DNA of 63,682 bases, filler included, from Octopus bimaculoides (lineage: Eukaryota): assembly GCF_001194135.2 (NCBI RefSeq). It is 4 parts of 4 records of this genome, joined end to end, with 100 filler letters (N's around TTAATTAATTAA, not from the genome) between each part and the next. Parts side by side here need not be neighbours in the genome. Positions count along the whole stretch, not along the records: positions 45,480 to 61,875 come from NC_068985.1; positions 61,976 to 63,682 come from NC_068997.1; 2 more parts are not named here. One strand, 5' to 3'. The notes below the pieces were generated by a model. That model saw nothing but the letters and a program-made list of their open reading frames with translations, searched no databases and was not told where the DNA came from. The position numbers and the translations under genes were made by a program. This document shows positions 53,746 to 63,682 of the stretch, one piece after another. The first letter of the stretch is position 1. Every line of letters starts with the position of its first letter.

Positions 53746-54414
53746 TAGTCAATACTTTATCTTCAATTTCTCTACCAGAACTGCATAGCTTACTTTAACT
53801 CTACCACCTACTAATGTTTTTTCTCCAGCAGTAAACATACAACACATCAAACTGAATGTTATCTGCATTAACTTCTTGCACATTAAAACCTGAAATATAA
53901 ATCTAAGACACAATGAAGGAGTCTCTATTGAAAAGGTTGCAAGACGCAACGAAAATTTTAGGAAAATAAAAATAAGAAATAAGTGGAAATTTTACCAGTG
54001 AGTGTGTTAAATTTTAAGGCACAATAAGAAAATGACTCTCCCCAGACACAACAGAATATGCTTCAACACAGGAAATCACATAAAAAATCTTGCAAACCAA
54101 ATCCAAAAACGAAATCTAAATATTTGTTCAACCTGATAGAAATAGCAGCCATATCATCCCCAAAATCACCGCCAATTGTTTCAAGAAACAAATGGTGGGG
54201 ATTTTAAAAATAGGGAAACAATAATGATAATGCCGAGTGTAGCAGAGAAATAAGTAAACAAGCGTGAGTTATGCAGTGAAATGGAAGTATCATGGAATAA
54301 AATAAAAGAAAGTTTTTGATCATGATATTCATGAAATAAAGAAAGGTTAAATAAATGAAATGTTTTATTGCAATAAATAATCCATAAATAAAAGCCCCAA
54401 CATATTAAAAGCAA

Positions 54415-54786
54415 TTATTTTTTGAATTTCCCCAACTGTCTGTGCCGCACTGATAAGCCATATTCCCTTTCAGGTGTATCAGGAACTAGTATTTTACCAT
54501 AGTCTTTTTGTTCCAAAGGAGAATTTTGAAAGAGGTTCCAAGGGCATGTTGGCTTCAATGTGTCTTCAGAATTTGTAAACTTTGGACTAATCATAATGTT
54601 TTCTATGTTTGATAATGACTGGCAGTCTTGAAAAGGTTTGTGAAGAGATGTTGGTTTCAAAAACTGCAGAGAACCATATCTCCTGTTGTGTTCTTTAGGA
54701 CATTCATTTTCAGCATTAGGTTTAGGGTTTCTTTTTCTTTGTTGCTTGGTGTGCAAGTCTTTAATGCCAGTGAATTGGGGCGACAC
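54415..54786 (-). CDS. RHNO1: RHINO homolog, coding exon 2 (123 aa + TAA; VSPQF...ILVPDTPEREYGLSVRHRQL)
   Basis: TTTATTTATGTAG acceptor, phase 0. Splicing rebuilds the SWVSPxF motif. The C-terminal ILVPDTPEREYGL resembles the conserved RHINO motif VLVxDTPExxYG. AATAAA on the minus strand at 54364-54369. Confidence 0.85.
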   Translation of the reverse strand: MSPQFTGIKDLHTKQQRKRNPKPNAENECPKEHNRRYGSLQFLKPTSLHKPFQDCQSLSNIENIMISPKFTNSEDTLKPTCPWNLFQNSPLEQKDYGKILVPDTPEREYGLSVRHRQLGKFKK

Positions 54787-54958
54787 CTACATAAATAAAT
54801 GAACATATTATTAAAATGAGGGAGGGGAAAGTAAAGATGTCAAAGAAAATATAAGGTTTAAGGTTTATTAATTCTTTTGATATGCAACAAATACAATGGT
54901 ATTAAGAAAGACCACAGAAGCAACTTCTGGTGATGCAGATACCAACATACTTTGACAT

Positions 54959-55107
54959 ACATTATTTACATTTGACAGATATTTGTCCTAATCGTGTTTG
55001 TTGTTAATACAATGTTTCGGCTGATATCAGCCATCATCAGATGAGCACAAATATCCGTCAAATGTAAACAATGTACATAATTCCTCATCTCTTAAATATA
55101 GAACTGT
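54959..55107. mobile_element. Internally deleted palindromic copy of the same hammerhead element, in the RHNO1 intron
   Basis: Shares TGTTTGTTGTTAA(C/T)ACAA(C/T)GTTTCGGCTGATAT with 5890. Inverted arms TTTACATTTGACAGATATTTGT / ACAAATATCCGTCAAATGTAAA. 12-bp direct repeat ATACTTTGACAT at 54947-54958 and 55108-55119. Minus strand has CTGATGA-T-GGCTG atat CAGCC-GAAA. Confidence 0.7.
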
Positions 55108-55501
55108 ATACTTTGACATCTATTTCACATTAAGACCAGTATTAGCAGAGTATGAAGTAATTAATGACTGATGAAAATTATGTGGGAATATATATATATG
55201 TATATACAGTAAGGGGCTTAACATATCTTTAAAATCAATCTTATACTGATTAAAAGTAAAAGGCTCTTTGAAAAAAAAGTTAGGATTCTGTTGTCAGCTG
55301 TGGCATATAAACTTATGTAGACAAGCAACCAAGAAAACATCTGTGCAAATACTTGACCAAATCTCCCTCAAAATACACCCAGCAATCTTAAAGAATACAT
55401 TGGATAATGTATTCCTAGATAAACTTTCAATTAGGTCTGATAATGAGGGATAACCTAAGGCTCCTCCTACAGTAAAGCAAAAGCAACAAAAGACAACTTA
55501 C

Positions 55502-55663
55502 CCATGAAAGGTTGTTTTTTATTTCTGTTACTCTGGCAGCTAGTTGGAAATTACTACAAGGAATAGGACTTAACAACCCATGTGGAATTTCTTTGGGGCT
55601 TTCAAGAAACCGAAGCTGACATTTATGTTTGATTGACAGGAGATTACGTCTTTTAGGAGGCAT
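55502..55663 (-). CDS. RHNO1: RHINO (RAD9-HUS1-RAD1 interacting nuclear orphan) homolog, coding exon 1 (54 aa, MPPKRR...NNLSW)
   Basis: Polypyrimidine tract + CAG acceptor lies 2 nt before the ATG (55663). The exon ends in TCA TGG followed by a GTAAGT donor (phase 0). The MPP(K/R)-basic start, LxF.E.P.. and terminal SW resemble the RHINO N-terminus as recalled; no search was run. Confidence 0.85.
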
Positions 55664-56536
55664 AACTGAAATATAACAGACAAGAAGAAAAAATTTACAA
55701 TACACACAGGAAAAAAAACAAAAAAACCCTGCATCAATAAAAATTAAGAAAATATAAATTAAAAATTAATCATTTATATTTTAAATTAAACCTTGTCCTG
55801 TAAGTGATTTCAAAAGAAAGTAACCATATTAAGTTTTTGCATTTGGTTTGTAAGATTCTTGATGTGAACTTAGGTGTTGAAATGGATTTTGTTACATAAA
55901 CACACATACACTAGTTCTATTTCATTTCTTCATTTAACCAGCTGATGAATAAACAAGTGAAACTGAACCAGTGTGTGTGTGTGCATGTGTTTATTGGCAT
56001 AATGACCTTCCTGAAATAAAGATATTAAACTATCTCAAACAAAATAAAGGTAGATATATACCATCATGGCTGTGACATGAAAAACTCTGCAAGTGACAAA
56101 CTGCATTAACAGGTCAGTTATTACAATATAATGAATAGTAATTTATTGGGAAATCAAAAGTAGCATTTTCTAAATAGTTTTTTTTTTTTCTTCAGTTTTT
56201 ATCTATTTCTTAGATGCTGTACAGAATGTATTTAATACAAGATCTATGAATTGATTTAGACATTTAGTATAGAAACTAGAGACACACAGTTGATGAGTTT
56301 CAAATGAATGTTTAAGGAAGATGAGCATTCATGTCAGGTGGTGTTACAGTTGCAGGTGAACAAAGCTTATGGTTGTATAGAAAGTAAAAAAAAGGTGCGA
56401 TTGATATTAGTATTTATTCTGGTATTTGTGATTTCTGTATTTAGAAGCTTGGAAAGAAGGTCTCTGTAAAGCTGATTAGTTTTTTGATATATTTAAAAAA
56501 AAAGATGACCTCTTTGATGGTGTCGTGATGCTTTAC

Positions 56537-56739
56537 TCTTTTACTTGTTTCAGTCATTTGACTGCGGCCATGCTGGAGCACCGCCTTTAGTCGAGCAAAT
56601 CGACCCCAGGACTTATTCTTTGGAAGCCTAGTACTTATTCTATCGGTCTCTTATGCCGAACCGCTAAGTTACGGGGACGTAAACACACCAGCATCGGTTG
56701 TCAAGCGATGTTGGGGGACAAACACAGACACAAACATAT

Positions 56740-56776
<37 letters not shown>

Positions 56777-56928
56777 TATGACGGGCTTCTTTCAGTTTCT
56801 GTCTACTAAATCCACTCACAAGGCTTTGGTCGGCCCGAGGCTATAGTAGAAGACACTTGCCCAAGATGCCACGCAGTGGGAATGAACCCGGAACCATGTG
56901 GTTGGTAAGCAAGCTACTTACCACACAA
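56537..56928 (-). mobile_element. tRNA-derived SINE family A (internal microsatellite), well conserved copy
   Basis: Minus: TGTGTGGTAAGTAGC..GGTTCATTCCCACTGCGTGGCATCTTGGGCAAGTG..(TA)n..GCTCCAGCATGGCCGCAGTCAAATGACTGAAACAAGTAAAA. About 18 homologous copies in the window. Confidence 0.9.
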
Positions 56929-57545
56929 ATGCACACAACTCGGGTACTTTCCACAGAATATAGATCAACTGTGCATTCTATGTAAATTTACAAGTCTCTG
57001 AGCAGGAATACATGATTAACAACAACCCACAGAATTTTTAAAAACCAAACATCTGATGATATTGTTTGTAAGTAGTATGAAAAATCTGTAAGCATGAATC
57101 TGATTTCAGATTGGGATTCATTTAAAGCTTAATGTTACAGAAGGTGGAATGTAAGCAAGCTATGCATTTAAGTAGCATAGTTAATGATAAAGTACAGTAT
57201 TGATAAGAAACAGCACAAGACATTACATTTACTTTGTTGTTCATGAAACAGTACTCGGTAACAGAAAGATATGAAGTGAACATATTTGCTAGTTACTTTA
57301 CAGTTTGGTTGACATAACTAAGTGGTCTCCATTGCAAACAGAAACTGCATTTTAAAGTAGTTAAACAAGTAACTGTCCTGATGTTAATGCTTAATAAACC
57401 TGGCACTGCTTAGTAAATATGAAAAACAACCCCAAATCCTCTATGTTTCAGTCAAATGTAATTAACGTAAAATAATTGATTTCAATAAGAGTGAGACAAA
57501 GTTTGGTAAGAATGACACATACAGTATGCTTGCATGCATGTGTAT

Positions 57546-57580
<35 letters not shown>

Positions 57581-57582
57581 TT

Positions 57583-57915
57583 CTTTTACTTGTTTCGGTC
57601 ATTTGACTGCGGCCATGCTGGAGCACTGCCTTTTAGCTGCAGAAATCGACCTCAGGACTTATTCTTCGTAAGCCTGGTACTTATTCTATTGGTCGCTTTT
57701 GCTGAACTGCTAATTTACGGAGGAAGTAAACAAACCAACATCAGTTGTCAAGCAATGGTGGGGGTGGGACAAACACAGACACAAAGACACACACACACAT
57801 ATATATATATATATGCACACATACATATACGATGGACTTCTTTTAGTTTCCGTCTACCAAATCCACTCGCAAGGCTTTGGTCGGCCCAAGGCTATAGTAG
57901 AAGGCACTTGCCCAA
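57583..57915 (-). mobile_element. SINE family A, 5'-truncated
   Basis: Collinear with the 56537 copy. Confidence 0.85.
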
Positions 57916-58314
57916 ATAAGTGTTTTTTTTTTAATTTCACAGTACTTGTGATTTTGTTGAGAGGAAATGTTAAACATCACTGTTTATAGATCAGCACTTT
58001 CTCATACAAAGTGCAGAATGTAAGCACACACACACACACACACACACACAACCGGATCTGATACAATTTCTGACTACCACATTAACTCAAAGGGCATTGA
58101 TTAGCTGGGGCTAATGTAGAAGACACCCAAGGTATTGTACAGTGGGGTTGAACCAGAAACTACGTAGTTGAGAAATTTTTTAAACATGGGGCCTGCTCCA
58201 ATTATTTCAACAAAAGAAAATAATTAGCAGACATAAAAAGTAATGGGGTTGATTTGTTTGACTACACCCCTGACATAACTAAGAAAGAAAAGAAGGATAG
58301 AAATATTATATGTA

Positions 58315-58645
58315 TTCTTTTATTTGTTTCAGGCATTTGACTGGCTATGCTGGAGCACCACCTTTAGTTGAACAGATCTACCCCAAGACTTAGTCTTTGT
58401 AAGCCTAATACTTATTCAATCGGACAATTTTGCCGAACTGCTAAGTTACGGTGACATAAACACACACACAAACATATATATATATATGACAGGCTTCTTT
58501 CAGTTTCCGTCTGCTAAATCCACTCACAAGGCTTTGGTCAGCCTGAGGGTATACTAGAAAACACTTGACCAAGGTGCCACAGAGTTAGACCGAATCCGGA
58601 ACCATGTGGCTGGTAAGCAAGCTACTTACCACACAGCCACCCCTG
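58315..58645 (-). mobile_element. SINE family A
   Basis: Collinear with the 56537 copy. Confidence 0.8.
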
Positions 58646-59201
58646 CGTATATATGAAAAAGAAAGAGAAACTGTATGATAAAGGGAGATTATATATAGTA
58701 CGGTGTACATGTGCATAAATATAGACTTACACTTAATTGATGTTTCTGAACATGCTTCAAACATTTTGTAAGAAGAAGAAGAAAAAAAAAAAAGTAACCA
58801 CATATAACAAGATAAAGTCATTATTGAACAGATATTAATGAGTAATGCCTGATACAATGAGGCAATTTTTTGCTTCTATTATCAAACACATAATATTCAA
58901 TGGTTTAGGAGTCTGAACACCAGCGAGATAAAAGAGAAGGAAAAAAGTACTAGAAGATGGCATTAAAGAGGATCAGTATCTGTAGATAGAAGACATCATA
59001 TGTTACTTTGAAGCAATCCATAAATGCAAATAATAATGATAAACCAATTTTATATCTCTTTTTCCATGCTAGCATGGGTTAGACAATTATGCTATTAAGG
59101 AATGGTTTTACAGTTGGATCCTCTTCCTTTCACTAACCCTTACCTATTTTTCAAGTAAGGGATATCTTATTGCTTACAATTACGAAAACAAAGCAGAGGA
59201 T

Positions 59202-59762
59202 TCAAATCAAATCAAATCAAATCAAATGTATTGGCAGGAGAAGAGCGCAATGTGCTTAAGCTATGTAAAAAAAACCCCAAAAAACCCAGTTATTGTTATC
59301 TACAGTTTTATACATAGTCGCCACAGTTGTCCAGAGCCTCTTTGAACAGGGGAGTATTGGGCAGTTGAACGACATCTTGTGGAAGCTTATTCCATGGGGC
59401 TGTGATACGGACGGAGAATACAGCCTTCCGCCTGTTGAGTCAAAAGTGTTGGGGATAGAGTTTGCGATCATGCCCACGAAGACTCTGCAAATGGTAGGTT
59501 TACATTCCCGTTGAAGATGTTGAAAGCCAGGATGAGATCTTCCTGCATCCTCCGTCGTTTGAGTGAAGGTAATGCCAGTCATTGGAGACGTTCCTCATAT
59601 GTAAGCTTAGACAAGCCTGCGACCATTCAGATGGCTAAGTGGTGAACCCATTCCAGGTACTGAATGTCATTCTGGAGATATGGGTTTGAGGCCTGGATGC
59701 AATATTTGAGGATGGGTTGAAATAGAGTGACGTATAAAGGCCGAAAGACATCCATTGTGCTT
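59202..59762 (-). mobile_element. 3' end of a CR1-group LINE (5'-truncated, stops/frameshift) with (ATTTG)n tail
   Basis: FRPLYVTLFQPILKYCIQASNPYLQNDIQYLE..LTYEERL..LPSLKRRRMQEDLI..LRGHDRKL..RKAVFSVRITAPWNKLP. Tail is (CAAAT)5 on the plus strand at 59203-59227. Confidence 0.85.
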
Positions 59763-59847
59763 GTAGATTATAACTTTTGCAGAAGCAAACATAAATGTAA
59801 ACAAACATACACATGAATATATAAAGTAAAGAATAGATTTAAGTTTT

Positions 59848-60432
59848 TGTTCAATAAATCCACTCACAAGGCTTTGTTCACCCAGGGGTATCATAGGAGA
59901 AATCTGCCCAAGGTGCTGTGCAGTGGGACTGAACACAAAACCACATAGTTGGAAGCAAACCTCTTAACTACAGATCCATGCCTGTTCCTATTCTCTTTTT
60001 TTATTTGTTTGTCACTTGACTGTGGCCATGCTGGAGCACCGCCTTTAGTTGAACAAATCAACCCCAGGATTTCTTCTTTTGCAAGCCTAGTACTTATTCT
60101 ATTGGTCTCATTTGCCGAACCGCTAAGTTACAGGGATGTATACAAACAAACATTGGTTGTCAAGCGCTGGTGGAGGGGGGAGGGTAAACACAGACACACA
60201 AACATATAAATATATATACGACAAGCTTCTATCAGTTTCCATCTACCAAATTCACTCACAAGGCTTTGGTTGGCTCAAGGCTATAGTTGAACCCGGAACA
60301 TTGGGGTTGGTAAGCAAGCTACTTACCACACAGCCACTCCTGCACATGGCCTTTTACTTGTTTCAGTCATTGAAATGTGGCCATGCTGGAGTAACAGCTG
60401 AAAAGGTCTGACCAAACAAACTGACTCCAGTA
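59848..60432 (-). mobile_element. Tandem cluster of SINE family A (5' part, full copy, 3' part)
   Basis: Three consecutive homologous segments in the same orientation. Confidence 0.8.
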
Positions 60433-60436
60433 CTAT

Positions 60437-61561
60437 GGGTTCAAGTCCAGACTTAGGGGAGGCCATGGCAGAGTCTGAATGTTGTGTTGTTGGAGGAAGC
60501 CTGTTGTTAACCTGGCAGTATGAGCATGGGCGTTGTCGTGTTGGAATACATGATTCCGATGATGACAGGCAAAGTATGACACAATGTGAGGCCTCAACAC
60601 TTGGTCAATGTAGCAAGCAGTGGTTACTCCATTGACCTGGCCTTGGCTGATGTTTTGGAAGACCACCGATCTCAGTTTCTGGCTGAGTGCAAACCTACCC
60701 CATACCATGATGCTCTGTCCTCCCCATGAGTCTCTCTTCACCACACAGCCATCACCCGTTCTCCAAACCTTAGCTCTGCCATCTGCCAGAGAAATGCAAT
60801 ATTGACTTTTGTCAGAGAAGACTACAATTCTCCACTGCTGATATTGTTCTGACATTTTTTGAGCCTACTGCGGATGTGCCTGTTGATGACAATGTGAGGA
60901 CGGGGACCCTAGCCTGACATCGACAAGACAGATTGAAAAATATCAGCTGGCAGTGAACTGCCTTAGCACAAATAGGTCTATGGTGAGTCCTTATGGTCTG
61001 CTTAGCTGATTTTATTGCCCTCTGGAATCAGTTCTACAAGTGCTGTCAGTACAGGTAGCAATCTTGATGTGCCGTTGTAACCCTCGGTTGGCCACTGCAT
61101 GGTTGATCAACCATGCTGTTTATGGTATTGTATTGTTCCCTCAGCCACTGTTGTCCAAATATTGCAGTTGAAGTCACTAGCAATGACCCATGGACATTGA
61201 CCAGCATGGAGACGTCCGATGGCTTGCTCCTTCTGATTTTGTGTCAGTCTTGGCATGCTTGCCACATTCAGGAAACGAATGACAGGCTGGTAAATTTGGC
61301 TGCCATTTATACCCAAGGAGTGAACATTTTGCACATGCATTATGCTTTTCGTAAAGATGTATTCATGATCATTACCATGTCCACGAAAAGTGAGCAAGTT
61401 CGAACCCTACATGCAATCCTTGTGTTTACAAAAGAGAGTGGTGTTGTGGGTCAGGGACATCTTCCTTATGTCGAATTACTGAGAAATGTGATAAAATCCA
61501 CATAATTTCAATATCATGTGTGAAACAAATAATCTTTTACAGTGCAGTTTCTTTTATAGTT

Positions 61562-61566
<5 letters not shown>
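60437..61566 (-). mobile_element. Tc1 transposon remnant (frameshifted transposase, C-terminus truncated)
   Basis: N-terminal HTH-like MPRLTQNQKEQAIGRLHAG. DDE domain WRIVVFSDKSQ...VMVWG-like...VFQHDNAHAHTA...WPPLSLDLNP, with a stop before the final E. The outer end abuts a (TA)n tract. Confidence 0.9.
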
Positions 61567-61591
<25 letters not shown>

Positions 61592-61596
<5 letters not shown>

Positions 61597-61782
61597 TCTT
61601 AAAGGATAGAGCTCAAAATCAATGCATTGAAGATACTTTATTGCAGCAACAATTATAATAACAGAAACAACCACAATAAGCCAAACCTATGCACATTTCA
61701 ATAGGGTATCCCGGAAAAATAAACCACATCATAAGATGTCTCGTAAAATATTGTAACAAATTACAACATATTACAAATTTCT
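61592..61782 (-). repeat. Inverted copy of 11901-12091
   Basis: See 11901-12091. Confidence 0.9.
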
Positions 61783-61997
61783 GGATACTCCATCTCATCA
61801 GGGTCGCATTATTGCCATCACCAATACTATTATTAGCAAAACACACACATCATCCAAGAGGGTGAAAGAATAATCNNNNNNNNNNNNNNNNNNNNNNNNN
61901 NNNNNNNNNNNNNNNNNNNTTAATTAATTAANNNNNNNNNNNNNNNNNNNNNNNNNNNNNNNNNNNNNNNNNNNNTATATATATATATATATATCTT

Positions 61998-62364
61998 TTA
62001 TTCTCTTTTACTTGTTTCACCCATTTGACTGCAGCCATGCTGGAGCACCACATTTACTCGAACAAATCAACCCAGGACTTATTCTTTGGAAGCCTAGTAC
62101 TTATTCTATCGGACTCTTTTGCCGAACCGCTATGTTACGGGGACGTAAACACACCACTATCGGTTGTCAAGCGATGGTGAGGGGACAAACACAGACACAA
62201 AAACATACATACACACACACAAACACACACATATATATATCTATCTATATCTACGACGGGCTTCTTTCAGTTTCTGTTTACCAAATCCACTCACAAAGTT
62301 ACTTGCCCAAGGTACCACGCAGTGGGAATAAACCCGGAACCATGTGGTTGGTAAGCAAGCTACT
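61998..62364 (-). mobile_element. SINE family A, head clipped at the junction with the L1-like element
   Basis: Collinear with the 56537 copy. Confidence 0.85.
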
Positions 62365-63682
62365 TTATTTCATTTTATTTGCCATAAAGGCAGTATACAG
62401 AGTAGCTACGGGCTGGACAACACACTAATGAATGAAAATGAAATGACAATCCTTTTTGGGTTGAAGATGCTGAAGCCTCCTCAAACACATCCACCTCTCC
62501 CTTTGACCGGGTAGGGGAGGTGGCTTCCAGTGACTGTACCAGGACCTTACCATGGTCCTGGGGGCAGTTCTTTTTAATGTGGCCTGACTCCAGGCACGAG
62601 TGACACCTGGGGGCGTCCTTCAAGTATCACCGGATACCTGCAGCCAGCCATTAAAAAAAAATCTCGAAAAGCCAGATCTGTTGAGGCCAATGGAGTCCAT
62701 AGGGTCAAAATCGCTTTTGACCCTACGCAATCGACCGCCGGCGATACCCTTATATTTAAGAGCCTGGGCCCGCTATCCCCCAGGCCCCGTCGGATAGTAT
62801 CTTCAATCCAACCCGCCTCAGTACCTGGGAGTAACCTACACACCCAGGTTCTAATTAATTTGCTCCCGCAGTACGATGGGAGGAACAGAATTTCGTTACC
62901 CTCCATTGGGTGTCAAACAGCAACCATACGGTTGCATGCTTGATACCACGGGATATGTATTTCACAGAGGACTTCTTTTTGTATAGTCGGTTTTGGGAAG
63001 ACGGTGATGGTATCAAGAACTTTCGAGTAAGTTCTAACCACTACTATCCTCTCCTCCATATCTTTTAACCACTGCTTGGATGGGATAATTTCCCACTCCA
63101 AGACAGGGTTCTTCTTTTTAAGTTCCTTCTCTGCCATTTCCAAAAAAGCAGTTCAAAAACAGTTCACAAAAACAATCCACCAAGAATTAATAAAAATAGA
63201 AGTAAACAAGATAAAAGAGAAGAAAAAAACTGAAATTAGAATAATGAGAAAAAGAAGAAGGAACCGAAATTTAGAAAGAAAGAAAAATAGGAGGAGGGAA
63301 AAAGAAAAAGAAAAAGAAAACAATAGACTTAAATAGAACAGACAGGGAATCCTTGGCTCTGTATAATACTCCAGCCAGGTAAATCCAATAGTCAGGGTTC
63401 TTCGCGTTTGTACTCCAGCTTAGATAAACTCCACGTGGTAAAATCCACAGGGCACAACTTTTTCCGGCGAAACACGCCCACCAGAATATACAGGTTATTT
63501 GGTGAAAAAACGCCACACAGAATTTTACTCAAAAAAGTTTTCAACAAAATTCTCAGTCTGCCGTTATGGCGGCTCGAACACGTCCACCAATAACAAAGAA
63601 CACAATATTTTTGCTCACTAAAGCGAGCTACAATTTAATGCCGCTAAGGCAGACGAAATTGCCCCCAGAGCTAGGCAGGAAC
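62365..63682 (-). mobile_element. L1/Tx1-like element: 5' UTR, frameshifted ORF1 with CCHC zinc knuckle, short 3' end, no ORF2
   Basis: ATG near 63137 (MAEKEL...), then VKYISRGIK..., LFLPSYCG..., YPVILEGRP / PRCHSCLESGHIKKNC (CX2CX4HX4C). Ends ..GGCAAATAAAATGAAATAA at the SINE junction. Confidence 0.7.

Noticed and set aside
591-62428. Numerous ORFs rich in YI/CV/HT/MYVC repeats or X runs
   Set aside because: They are translations of microsatellites and N gaps, not proteins.

Overview
AT-rich, microsatellite-dense animal genomic DNA with many scaffold gaps. The SINE repertoire and microsatellite load are consistent with an octopus genome; this is an inference, not a database match. Only one host protein-coding gene can be supported: a minus-strand RHNO1/RHINO (9-1-1/TopBP1 checkpoint partner) homolog with two coding exons (55663-55502 and 54786-54415, 177 aa) joined exactly at its SW|VSP motif. 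The rest is transposable-element derived: at least five tRNA-headed SINE families (some with clear TSDs), remnants of Tc1, maT/mariner, hAT, RTE and CR1 elements, an ORF1-only L1/Tx1-like element, several MITEs and Helentron-like (HINE) elements. The most interesting observations are: (i) a palindromic head-to-head element family that joins a tRNA-like Pol III head to a minimal Penelope-type hammerhead ribozyme, with further hammerhead-like motifs elsewhere; (ii) an indel-free hairpin with 131-bp arms; (iii) a 61-bp micro-inversion inside a hAT transposase fossil; and (iv) a candidate 'half-L1' element. Almost all ORFs in the supplied track are microsatellite or N-gap artefacts. SINE boundaries are approximate unless a TSD is quoted.
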